DNA of 64,000 nt from Podarcis bocagei (Eukaryota): NCBI GenBank assembly GCA_964188305.1, contig OZ076894.1, one strand, 5' to 3'. Below are positions 1 through 11,632 of the stretch, in pieces. The notes under the pieces are model-generated. The model searched no databases and was not told the origin of the DNA. It saw only the letters and a list, made by a program, of their open reading frames with translations. Numbering within the stretch: position 1 is the first letter of the stretch; every line of letters starts with the position of its first letter. Made by a program: the position numbers and the translations under genes.

Positions 1-172
1 TTGCAGTTCTGAAAGCAGGTGTCTTAAATCAATTTAGTTTGTGAAACAGAAAACATAATATATGGAATCTAAATAGTGCACTTGTGTGTGTGTTTTATAG
101 AGGTCAACAGAGCGTACGGTACATTTCTCGCAATATGCCATCATTTTGGGTCTGCAATCTTGGGATTCTTAC

Positions 173-452
173 AAGTATTCTTGTGTGGTAGATGAATCTT
201 CTGGCAGCGCATGAGATTTCCCTGAGAATTCAGCTTCCACTCGCTCCTTGTGTGCTTGTCGTAGGAGTTCTGTAATGGATAGTTCCGCCTCACCTCTAGG
301 TGTGCCGTCATGCAAGGGTGAGTAACTCACAGAAATGTCTTCCTCAGAGACAAGGGGAGGGTGATCTGATGGCTCACTGTCTTTAGAAAAAGAATGCTCT
401 TCTTCCTTCTTATCTCTTGTGCTGTACAGATCTTCACGGAGTGCAGAAAAAC
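173..452 (-). CDS. ANK2: ANK2 C-terminal regulatory-domain exon (GFSALREDLYS...SSTTQEY)
   Basis: 280 nt, acceptor gctgtag, donor CTT|gtaaga, phase 1-2; the gene continues left of the window. Confidence 0.9.
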
Positions 453-547
453 CTACAGCAAGGTAAAAACAATTATCTGGTCTTCCCATGTAAAGTGGGA
501 TGGTTTGCTCAGTTTACATCTACCTGCAGATTTGTGGTGGTGCTGAG

Positions 548-934
548 TAGGGAGAGGCAAATCTGTCAGTTTTGGTTTCTCTCTGTTTCTTGTTTTTCCA
601 ATCTTAAATTCTATGCATTTCCACATCAGCTTGCAAATTTTTTTTAAAAAATGCTCCTGAAAATTCATCATTATTTTAGTGCAAATTTCTCCATTACATG
701 AATTTTTTGCCTAATATACATATTTCTGCAAAGCAATTTTCCCCAATATTTGCATTTTAATGCACACTTTACCCTCATACAAATTACTTGGCTGGAGAAC
801 CGTACTGCATAATTTGCAGAAGTGTGAATTTCAAAGGATCGCTGTGTTTCACTTTTGTGTATTGGTTTGGAATAAACAAAGTAGGAAGGTTCATCTTGAA
901 GTGTGAACTGAATCGAATTTCTCCCACTTCCTTA
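548..934. mobile_element. Old non-autonomous DNA-transposon-like repeat (TAGGG...CCTA-like ends), same family as 61192-61614
   Basis: Collinear similarity to 61192-61614 (catttccacatcag, aaaattcatc, ttacttggctg, aatttctccc). Confidence 0.55.
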
Positions 935-987
935 GGTTTCATGTAGAGGCACCACACACACCAACGCATACATAAATGTCTGCTGAC

Positions 988-1215
988 ATAGAGCGTAGAA
1001 CCATCGAGTTGGAGGGGGCTTCAGGGGCCAACCCCCAGCTTGATCCAGATAGCCTGGAGCTGGAACATCCACAGGACATTACTCTTTAGCTTCTGTTTGA
1101 AGAACTCCAGTGAAGAAGAGCCCACCACCCCTCAAGGTAATTGTCCCCATTGCTTAACTACTCTTACCATCAGGCAACTTCCACAGACAGCAACCTGAAC
1201 AGTTTTCCTTCCAGT
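988..1215 (-). mobile_element. CR1-type LINE 3' fragment
   Basis: Reverse-complement CR1 tail (catagag...gagttggagggg...ccaacccc) followed by a ctccagtgaag...cccaccacc...tcttacc segment typical of CR1 3' ends. Confidence 0.6.
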
Positions 1216-1786
1216 TAAACATAATCCCGTTTGTGCTGTATATTGATATTTTAGGGTTTCATTATCCTACACATGCCTCCTCCTAAGCTTAGCATTAAAA
1301 GCATTTAGAGATGATTCCAACATGCATGCAGACATCTTGACACTCACAGAATGACTCACACCTTGAGTGTCTAAGCTGCTAATACTGAAAAGCATCATTG
1401 TTGATGTAATGTGCTCTGTATGAATGCTCCGTCTTTGGGTGCCTCCAGATTGTCCCTATCTTGTGGGAGGGATTCAAGCATATATCAGAAATTTAGATTT
1501 AAAAGGCGCTGTTGCCCTAGTGCAGCAAATGCACTTAAAAAAAATAATCTGCCATCTTGAGGGTTGGTAAGCGACAGGGAAATGCATTGAAAAGTGTGGA
1601 ATAAACAAACACCCCACAAGCAAAACAGGATGAGTAATCAACAAAGACTATCTATAATCTAACCACTGCCTAATTTTTGTGCAAGCAAATCAGGTTGAAT
1701 TCTCAATAAGCAGGGCTTTGATGGTTGTGTCATCAATGCCGACAACTTATTAAACAGTGAGCAGAGATGTGTGACTTCACCCTTAC

Positions 1787-1927
1787 CTTCACTATGATCC
1801 AGTCCTATTGTCTGTTCAATTTCTGCATAGGTGCGATTATGGTCTCGGGATGTTTCCATGGTGTTCTCCATGAGATGAACAATATCCATACGATTTATTT
1901 TTGTAAGACACTCAGTAAGGCTTGAAT
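1787..1927 (-). CDS. ANK2: ANK2 death-domain exon 3 ([23 protein letters not shown]...LDHSE)
   Basis: 141 nt, acceptor atcacag, donor GAAG|gtaagg. Confidence 0.94.
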
Positions 1928-2642
1928 CTGTGATACAGAAGAGACCAGACTTTTTTTGAGCTGTGTGTGCTCTTTTCCCTGTCCTCCAGATTCACACAGC
2001 AAAAGAGTATAATTCAGAAGTCTGCATTAACACCTTGAATTTGGAGATGAATGATGAAAATATATGCATTTTTCTTCTGTCCGCCCTGACGTTATCCCCA
2101 AACACTTGGAAAGTTAGGCTACTTACCTATAACTCAAGGGTGTCCACCTATAAAAGTTCAAAGAGGCTTGCTACATCTGCTGACCAGCAGTTACAGCAAC
2201 CCCCTTTGAGGTCCTGCCTGCAGAGCAAAAATGTCCATTTACAGGTGAGGTTTGAATCCAAATTGTGCCTGCAAATGGACTTTATTGGGGGTCACTGGCA
2301 GCTGGCAGCTCCTCACCCTGCTGTGAGTGGTGCTGTGTCATAAATTTCTCCTATGCTTTTTGTCTGCCATTCTCATCAATTTATTGAGGGCAGGGGAATG
2401 CCTCTCTTACGAAGACATTTTTTGCATAGCTCAAGGGCAAACCAGGGCCATTCAGTTCCTTCACAACAGCTGTGAGAATGTCAACCAAAGATGTCAGCAC
2501 TGGCAGTGGGGAAAGAGGGTGGAAATGTGGGACTGTACTGCCACTTTCCCCTTTGTATTATGCATGTGAATTCTTGTCAGTGTTGCACTTCACTAGGCTC
2601 CTTTGCCAAGAAAATGAAGGTATCTACTAAAACTGAGCATAC

Positions 2643-2774
2643 CAGTAGCATGTTTCCCATCACGTTCCAGCCAATATTTCAGCAGTGCGTGACTCTGGTC
2701 CTGCAGTGAATTAGGATTCTCAATTCGGATCTGATGAATTTGTTCCTCTGTGAAATCCAGTTCTCTTGCTAGCT
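2643..2774 (-). CDS. ANK2: ANK2 death-domain exon 2 ([44 protein letters not shown])
   Basis: 132 nt, acceptor ttttcag, donor CTG|gtatgc; read manually. Confidence 0.95.
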
Positions 2775-2934
2775 CTGAAAATGCACATTATTAAAATAAT
2801 TTCAAACAGTCACACATTTCCTTTTAAATACTTAACACCTATTTTAAGTGCATTTAACATTTACCTGGGAGCAAAGCCTGATAAAAACAATGAGACTTAC
2901 TTCTGAGTAGATATTTATAAGGTTAAGCCATTAT

Positions 2935-3188
2935 AGAAGAAGAAGAAGAAGAGTTTGGATTTGATATCCTGCCTTTCACTCCCTTTAAGGAGTCTCAAAG
3001 CGGCTAACATTCTCCTTTCCCTTCTTTCCCCACAACAAACACTCTGTGAGGTGAGTGGGGCTGAGAGACTTCAGAGAAGTGTGACTGGCCCAAGGTCACC
3101 CAGCAGCTGCATGTGGAGGAGCGGAGACGCGAACCCGGTTCCCCAGATTACGAGGCTACCACTCTTAACCACTACACCACACTGGCTC
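2935..3188 (-). mobile_element. Young tRNA-derived SINE (Squam3/POM-like), full length, (CTT)n tail
   Basis: Minus strand begins GAGCCAGTGTGGTGTAGTGGTTAAGAG (A box) and GGTTCGCGTC (B-box-like); near-identical to 48250-48497 and 62828-63089. Confidence 0.85.
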
Positions 3189-4172
3189 CAACCAGTGTAG
3201 GGTTAAGCAGTAGCCCCAGAAATGTAGCATTCTGGGAGCAGGCTGGAGGAAGCCTTGAATCTGTTGAAGCCAAAGCCCCTTCTTTTTCCTGAGATACCTC
3301 AGAATATGCCATGCTGCAACTGAATTCAAAGGGTCAAATATCCATCCTATTCCCTGAAAAACCTGTGGGGATTTTGAAGATGGGATGGCATCACCCACCA
3401 CTTCACTTTCCCTCTCTGTCCCACTTAAATTTAATCTGTTAGGCTTCATTCTTATGCCTGCTTTCTGAGAGGAAGCCCTATTGACTCAATAAAACTTACC
3501 TCTGAGTAGATATGTCTAGAATTGTTTGGTGCATCCTTGCTAATTACCTGCCTTTCTTGTGAAACCAATATCCTTCAGTGTATTACCTAGGGACTATCTG
3601 TAGCTTCAACTACATGTAGGGTATTAGCTATTTTCATTCACATTTGTCACATCTCAGCTTCAGTTTAGAGGAAACAGAAGCTATATGTGGTTTTCTTCTC
3701 CAGGGCCAGTCCAACCATTAGGTAGAATAAGGCAGTTGCTTTAAGCTGATTTGGTACATCACAAAAGGGAAGCAAATTGTTAATGATTTGAGCTTTGGAT
3801 GTCATGCTGTATACCTTGGGTGGATGAGAACCATCTGCTGTTCTGCCTCAAAAAGCCAAATGTGTTGCTCTTCACTCAAAAAACAAAAGTGGCCATACAG
3901 GGATTACTTTTACTATCCAGCACCTGTATTCTGGCAGCCATTTTGGATCAAAATCTCAGTATGTTCTCTGTGTTAAGAATTCACACAATGCTTTTCCTGA
4001 GCATGTAGGAATAACTTAAGTAAAATCTGTAATAAAACATGCCAGTCGGATCTACAGCTACTGTCCCTGGTAGGCAGCTGTAATTCAAGTTGGTGTCTCA
4101 ACACATAGGGAAGAAGAGCTAGAAGTTTCATTTCCCTAAGATGGTTGTGATCTCAACCACATTAGAGCTTAC

Positions 4173-4247
4173 CTGTCCAGCTGAATCCAAGGTGATCAGC
4201 GATATGTGCCAGTCTTTCCTCTATCCTTTCTTGATCATCCTGTTGAT
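4173..4247 (-). CDS. ANK2: ANK2 death-domain exon 1 ([25 protein letters not shown])
   Basis: 75 nt, acceptor gctttag, donor CAG|gtaagc. Confidence 0.95.
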
Positions 4248-5205
4248 CTAAAGCAAGGTCAAATAGGACAGGTTTTTGTTTTGTTTTTAAGGCAAAACTG
4301 ATCTGCCTCAGGGGGAGAGACTCCATAAAATAAGGCCAGTGTTTAACAGTGTCTGCTTTCAAAGGAAACCAAAGCTCTTGGTATGTAACTAGAATGGAAA
4401 TATTTGAATACAAAGCACTTTATTTAAAATGCCTGCTTAATTGAGTATGGTATTGGAGGCTTTGGAAAACACTGTCCTCAATTTTATTTTGGAGCTCATA
4501 ACTCCTAAACATTTAAAATAAAACAGAACAAAGGGAGAGATAAATAATTTGCTGGAGCGGGAAATATGTTTTTTCATGCCTCCTTAAAGCAATGGCAAAT
4601 GGCCATTAAACTCATATTTGCAAAATTAGGTGATGTATCCGAAACTTCATTTCAAACATTAAGAGCATCATATTTTTTAAGTTGCACTGCTTACAACCAT
4701 CAAAAAGATTTCCAGATCATGATATCTGTGCAGCATTAGTATTTAGCAGTATTAAGTTTGTTTGTTTTTTTGCTAGAACATGTTGCATTCCTAGCTCTTT
4801 ACAAAGAAGGCATGCAAAAGCAAGTGCACACTTTTTCTCAGCGATATTTGCACCAAAGCAGCAAGAATTAATAACCCCAACAGCCAATCTGATACCAGCA
4901 GAGTTTGAGTTTTTGTTTTCCTGTGTGTGCATTTGAAGTCATAGTCTCTACAGCTCAAAATTCAGTTACCATATTTTCCTCTTATTGCTCCTCAGTGCTA
5001 TTATAGGACGTTCTTTTTTAAAAAATGGATCTAAACATTGGGCATTAAATTTAACATAAATCCAGTGCACCACCTTCCATTAGTAAATGGTGCCAAGCAA
5101 AAGTACAACAACAATAAAAGGGTTGGAGGTTTTTTTAAGGCACTAATAACTTTGCTTTTGGCACAGCTATATGGAGTTGCATATCCTGAATTATAGTAAT
5201 CTTAC

Positions 5206-5214
5206 CTGGTTCAT
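5206..5214 (-). CDS. ANK2: Candidate ANK2 9-nt microexon ATGAACCAG (x-E-P)
   Basis: Acceptor acttttgacacag, donor CAG|gtaaga, symmetric phase 1-1 matching the flanking exons. Confidence 0.6.
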
Positions 5215-5635
5215 CTGTGTCAAAAGTAATTCATGGCAAAGTGATTCAATTATAGTGAAGAGAATCCAAAAACTAAAACTTGCGTGGTCAGCTGTATTAG
5301 AAGCGAAATAATAATGCTCTAAATTTGTTAGTTAAACAACATGAACAAATGTTGTTTTTGCAAAAAAGACTATATTGCTATGTTTTATCCTTTGCGTAAG
5401 CATTTGCAGTGTGCAATCTTGAGATTGTTTCAGGGATAGTAAAATACATACATGACATAAAACAAAACAAACAGAGCTTACACAAAACACATTGACAACC
5501 ACAGGAAGCTTTAAAAAGGAGACACACAAACCACACACAAAAAAAAGCAAGGGGGAAAGAAGGGAAGAAACAACAACCAAAGAATTGCGATTCATGACAT
5601 GCGTAGCAAAGGGAATCCCAATGGCTGGCAAATAC

Positions 5636-8600
5636 CTTCAACATGGTCAGGGACATTTTCATCAGGAATACGCTCAATCAGAGTCTCAATAGACTCATCC
5701 CAAATGGGCCTGGTGTCAAAGATGTCCTCGGCAACTGACTGCTGGGTCTCAATGGATGGCACATTTTCAATAACTGAAACTTCTAGGGCGCTACTACTTT
5801 CATCATCTGAAACTAATTCTTGTTCTTTCTCTGACTGAGTAAGTCTATCCACTAATTTGGAAGCTTCATCGCTAATCTCTTCAAAGAACTCTATGGAGTT
5901 TTTGTAAAGGTCAAAAAAATGTTCCTTACTTTCTTTAGTGGGACTAACAGCACTGCGGGAAGCTGAGGCGCTTCTGTTCTTAACGGGCAACCGCGAAGGA
6001 AATATCTTTGGTCGTGAAGTCATCTGCTCGTCTGATTCTACCTCAAGCTTCATCTCACCCACCCTCTCTCTGGTCTCTGCTTCGGCCTCAGCATAGCTTC
6101 TAGCTTTGACTGAACGCTTAGCCTTTGAGTCCACGGAGGCACTTTCATCAGATTCAGATTTGCTCCTAACGTCTTGTTTCGCAGGTTGCTTGCATGTTTT
6201 GTCAAGAGCTTTAGCTGACTCTGGCTTCCAGACAGATGTCTCTGTATACAAACACTCCTGTTCAACTCTTTGGAAAACTGCTTTGACTGGAATCTTAGAC
6301 TTTGGTTTGGACGGGTCATCCTCCGATTCCTCTAGGGCCTCAACAAAGCTATCTGAAGGAAGGCTCTCAAGCTCTGATTGTTGCAATGAGTGGGATGCAG
6401 CGGGAGTTGTCCTAATGGGAATTTTGGATTTGCTTTCAGAAGGCACACTTTCCATGATGGCAGTAGGGATTTCAATCACAGATTTCTGCTCCTCTGGTGA
6501 GGAGTCTGGGGAATCGTCTTCCTGCTCAGCATACACCGACCTAGTGACTGTTGAAAAATCTAACTGTACATCAATCACAGTCTGCTCGGGAGAGACAGGG
6601 CAAGGCACCTGGGAGCTGTCAAACATGTCTTCAGTATCAGCTCTAGGGAAGAAGTCATCATCATCAGAAGGAGCAGTTTCTTTCTTTGGTGACTTTGAAG
6701 AGGCTGAAATGCCCATTTTAATAGGGATTCTAGATTTAATATCCCCTTTTGTGGTGTAGAAACCACTGGCCTCATCCTCTGATACAGACGTGAGTGAGCC
6801 TTTTATAGGCATCTCTGCTTCATCTAGTTCAGAAGACACAAATGGAACTGGGGGTTGCTCTTGCTGGAGAGATTCCAGGCCTTCGGCTTCTCTCATTTCT
6901 TCAGATAAGGACACATCTTCCTGAGACTGCTCTCCCATTTGGAAAAAGTGTAAGTTTTCATCAGAATAATTCCTCTTGGTCATGTCAATGGCACCACTCC
7001 TTGTCATTTCAAACAATTTCCCTTCCTGGAAAAGAAAGGGGTTTTGTTCACTGGTAGGCGTCCCTTCTTCTGTAGGAGTCCTGGCTGGTGTCGTGTCAGG
7101 TGTGGTGCCTTGTGATCTCCTGTCTACCATCAAGCCAAATATCCTTTGTTCTTCCTCTTTCACCCGAGCCTCAAAAGCATCATCATCTTCACGTATTTGA
7201 CTCCACTTGTCAGAATCCACATCTGTCCTGGTTATGATCACTTGGTTGATTATTTTCTCAGCTTCATCTCTGATATCTTGTAGAGCAGCTTCATCTAGTG
7301 ACGTGGCCTCTGATGTTGAAGTTGATTGTTTCTGAAAGATGCCCACATGTTTGGATTCTAACTCCATATAGATATCTTCTGAGGTCTGAACCTCAGAACC
7401 TACAGATGCTGGTGTACAAAGGGAACTGGTCAGTGCAATTTCCTCACTGAAGGTAGTTTCTACCTCAGCAGAATGATGAACCCCAGATGACTGGTCTGTT
7501 GTCATCCTTAAACCAGTTCCTGAACTAATTTCAGTGCTAGTAAAAAAGTGCTGTGAAGGGACATTTTCATAAGGACTTGTTATAGGCAGAGCACTGCTTT
7601 CATCAACATCATCTGCATTCCTTTCAGGGTCACCCTTTTGGGTTGTTTGAGGCGAATGGTCTGCAGAGTGTTCTACACTACAAAAATCCCTTTGTGCCAT
7701 CTCAACAATGTTGTTAGTTTCAGCCAAATCACTTCCCGAAGGGGAGTGAACAGGTGAAACAACAGTAGCCAATTCATCATTTGGGGATTTACAGCAATGA
7801 GAGGAGCCAGGGATACAGGAGCCCCCTCTGGTTCCCATGGCGACCATGTCTCTGGGTGTTACCTCCTCAGATGCTCCACCATCTTTCTCAGAATCATCCT
7901 GGTTGTGAGACGCCGCTGAGGTTTCATATAACTCAGCTATTTTGGGGGCGTCACCACCCACAGAATGGTAGAATGCCTCCTCAGGCTGCATCATGGGGCC
8001 ATTAGGGCTAGCCGTGTCACTCTCATCAGTGCTGTAGCACTTAGACTCGCTAGCTTGTGCTATGATGCTAGTATCTGAGGCAAGAGAGGTATCACCAGAC
8101 ATTTTGGTTTCCTCTGTTGGCTTATCTGATTCTGTGTTATCCTCTTCGGTACCAAATTCATGCTGCTTGGATTCAATAGGCTGAAACCCTGTTTCTTCAG
8201 GACTAGAACTGGAATCCCTATGACAAAGATGAGGTGAAGGAGGCTGCACCCTAATTACAGGCTCCATCAGCAGCCCAGAGTCAGCCTCCTTTTTCAGCTT
8301 TGTTAATTCTGGCTCACTTTCTGAAGAGGAAGAAGTCTTTCTAGATTCAGCTGCAGAAGTGAGTACAGTAGGTACGCCATCATCTTCTACAGCCGTTGAG
8401 GGTGCAAATTCAAGTTCAGACGCAGCTTCCAAATCAGAAGCTGAAGCAGCATCTTCTTGTTTGGGGTCCTTTCTATAGTCCCGCTTCTGCTTTGCTTCCT
8501 GTTCCAGCTCATCAAACATTTTGACTTTAGTCACCATTTTAAACATCTCTTCTTCTGGTGTGAACCTCCTCGTCGGCTCACCTTCGGGGTCATCTTCTGG

Positions 8601-11600
8601 CTCTTCGCTGACTTCAGGAATCACAGCTGACTTGGGTATGTTTGAGAGCATTTGCGAATCTGTTGTCTTGGGTGTGATTTCATAGCTAATTTCTTCAGAG
8701 CTGGGAGTCTCGGGTGAAAGAGGGCTTTTACCTGAGCTTTCCATAAGAGAGGTTTGCTCTAAACTGTCATCTTCAGCACTGCCATCGGGGTCACGTAAAA
8801 GTCTAGATCGCACAGGTGTCAGCTCTGGGAAGTTTTCTGCTTTGGCAAAGGCAGCCTGCATGGGACCAGGTCCTGGAGGGAAGCCAGTCTTTGTTTTCTG
8901 TTCTACGGGGCTGCTTTCAAGAGAATCACGGCAGGGGGATTCTTTGGTAGGACTAGGCTCAAGGGAATCGGGTGTTTTACGGGAGGAATTATCTTCCAGT
9001 ACTGGGCTTGCTTCTAATGAATCTTTATGGCTTATAGCTAAGGATTCATCTGCAACTGGGCTAAGACCTTCACTGTCTTGGCTAGGAAGTGAAAGCTCCA
9101 GTCCTCTACTAATGGCATGGTGCTCAAAGGATGCCTGATCCTCTTTCTCTAAAATAGTATCATGCACTTCAGATAACTTAGTTAAATGTCCTTGAGATAA
9201 CTCATCCCTGACAGCATCCTTATCAATCAATGTTGAGCTAGAATCTGTACATTTGCCTATCTCTTCTTTGGAGGTTGTAACTTCTACTTCTTCTGACAAA
9301 CGAGGAGAGAGGGACTCTGAGCCGATTATAACTTTTATGTCTTTGTCAGCAACAGTCCTTTCACTTTTTGTTGGAGAAAGTCCCTTTGGTGAATGTGCCT
9401 CTGCTGCTCTCTGCACTGTACTGGCTAATTCTGTTTCTTCCATCTGGTCAGCAGTTTCTGTTTTCTTTGGTGAAAAAGAGAGGCTCTCGGGGCTTGTTTC
9501 TGGAGTTTCGGCCAATCCCTCATGCTTATAACTTTCCTCAGAGCTGATCTGAGGGGTCCCATCGAGCAGGCTACCAACTGGAGAATCTGCTATGCCTTCA
9601 TGTTTAAGGCTTTCTGAGCTGCCATCCAGAGCACCACTTTGCAAGGAGAGAGCGGGCAAAAAACCATCTTTCACATATTCTGATGGAAATGTAACATTGA
9701 ATGGACTGGTCAGTACTTGATCTAAGTGAAGCTCACCTTCCTCGGTAATTGAAATGTGCCGGAACTGTTGGTATTTATCATTCTCCTCAAGCTCTTCCTT
9801 TATGACATCAGTAAAATCTGTGGACGTCTTTCTGTCTGGGCTGATTTGAAGGTCAGTATCCCCTTGGTCATCAAATGTCAGGGTCACACCCTTTGCATTG
9901 TCATCATCAGTTGCTGGAACATCTTTTTCTGCAGTTTTACTACTCTGCTGCTTTGTCTGCTGCATGGCTAAATCTTTTTTCAGAGTACCCTGTGCCTCTT
10001 TCTTAGATTGCAAGCCTGCCTCTGCCTGAGGTTCCTGGCTCTTTTTAGCTTTTGGACTATCTTTTTTGTGTGTGTCTCTTTGTGTCATTGCCTGCTTCTT
10101 TTCAGTGTCTGCCTGAGCAGCTCCTTTCTTAGCCGGCTCTTTCTCAGAGACCTGCTGTTTCTGTTTCACAGACTTATGCTCAAAAAGTCCAGCCTTATGC
10201 TTCGATGGATCTTGACCTGACTGGAAGGCTTTCATCAGTTCACGAACAGACATCGTTTCTTCAAGTCTCTCTGTTTTAGAAGAAGGAGAAACAGGTGGCT
10301 TCTTGGTTGTGGGAGAAACAGGTGGCTTCTTAGATGTGGGAGAAACGGGTGGCTTTTTAGATGTGGGAGAAACAGCTGGCTTCTTAGTTGTGGGAGAAAC
10401 AGCTGGCTTCTTAGTAGAGGGAGAGGAGAGTTTTGAAGCAGAGGGGGAAGCTGCAGTCTTTGAGGCAGAGGGAGAAGCAGGAATCTTTGAGGCAGAGGAG
10501 GAGGCTGCAGTCTTTGAGGCAGAGGGAGAAGCTGGTGTTTTTGAGGCAGAAGGGGAAGCTGGCGTTTTTGAGGCAGAGGGGGAAGCTGGGGTCTTTGAGG
10601 CAGAGGGAGAAGATGGGGGTTTCGCTTTGTAAATAATTTTTTTAGGCTGCGATAGCTTTGCAACAGACTTCTCGGTTGCCCCTTCTTTTCCTGGGGTGCG
10701 AACAGGCAATTTTGAACGTCCTTTCTGCTCATCTTCCACTCTCTTCTGAAGGGCTTTCACTTTATCTTTGATTGAGCCAATAGGAGTTTCTTCTATAACA
10801 GGAGACACAGCTGTTGCCTTGGAAGGCTCTGCAGGGGCTAACCCGACCTCTTCATCTATAGACTCATCTGAGCTGAACTTTGTTAGTCCTGAATGTTCTT
10901 TCTTTCCTTTGGTTTCTTCATCCTTTGGCTTTTGTTTATCTTTTAATTTCTTCCTAACTGGTTTTTTAATTTCCAAGGTAGGTTTTTGCTGGACCTGCTT
11001 CTTCTCTTGGCTTCCCCCACCTTTTTCAGAGCCCCTGCTTACAACCACAGCTTCAAATCTCTCTTCTACTATGTCTTCTTGTAATGTCTTAGGCCGCATT
11101 TCATTAAGTGACATGTAATCTTTTAGATCTTGGCTGAGATGATCGATCATTCCCGCCATGTCTTTCTTTTCTTTCTCTGTTTTCCCTTTGCCTATTCTAG
11201 TTTCTGTGCAAACAGGCTCGGTAACTTCCAGCGGAGCATTCTGCTTAGCCTCTTCTATTTCTTCATCGCTTACAAGGACCCATTCTTCTTCCGCCAGCTC
11301 TTTCTCAGAACTGGATCTTTGAAGAACTGGCCCTTCTTTTGGACAGCTTCCACTTCTCAGGATTTCGTTCACTTTTTCCAAATCCTCCTTAACTCTTTCC
11401 ACAATCTCAAATGGTTCTCCAGGTTCTTCATCGGCAGCTTTCACAAGGTCCTTCACCTTAATGGAGCCTGACTTTTCAGCTGAGTCTGTGGTCAAGATGG
11501 CACTCATTTTAATCAAATCTTGTTTCATCTCAGAGACTTCAGATAGCAAGTCTGGGCTGGCTAGGACAGGGACTTCATTGACAAGGTGACTTTTCAGGAC

Positions 11601-11632
11601 AGATGTTTCTGTAGATTCTGTTTCATCATCAT
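5636..11632 (-). CDS. ANK2: ANK2 giant alternative exon (giant/440-kDa ankyrin-B), 5997 nt = 1999 codons
   Basis: Lies within the 2060-aa ORF. Acceptor tttgcatcaaag|AT GAT, donor GAAG|gtattt, symmetric phase 1-1. Conserved blocks: EEEWVLVSDEEIEEA, MSVRELMKAFQSG, FQEGKLFEMTRSGAIDMTKR. Confidence 0.96.
10268..10623 (-). repeat. Coding minisatellite in the giant exon: about 13 units, mostly 27 nt (TPASPSASK / PPVSPTSKK)
   Basis: 27-nt periodicity visible in the DNA (e.g. tttgaggcagagggagaagctggtgtt) and 9-aa periodicity in the ORF. Confidence 0.93.

Noticed and set aside
2955-3200. Three near-identical ORFs (also 48093..48545 and 62781..63194) as a small protein family, or their heads as tRNA genes
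   Set aside because: They are antisense translations of SINE copies; the tRNA-like heads run into SINE bodies.
5599-11471. Plus-strand ORFs (e.g. 6106..6759, 10303..10632) as overlapping genes
   Set aside because: Antisense shadows of the giant coding exon and its repeat; no independent gene signals.
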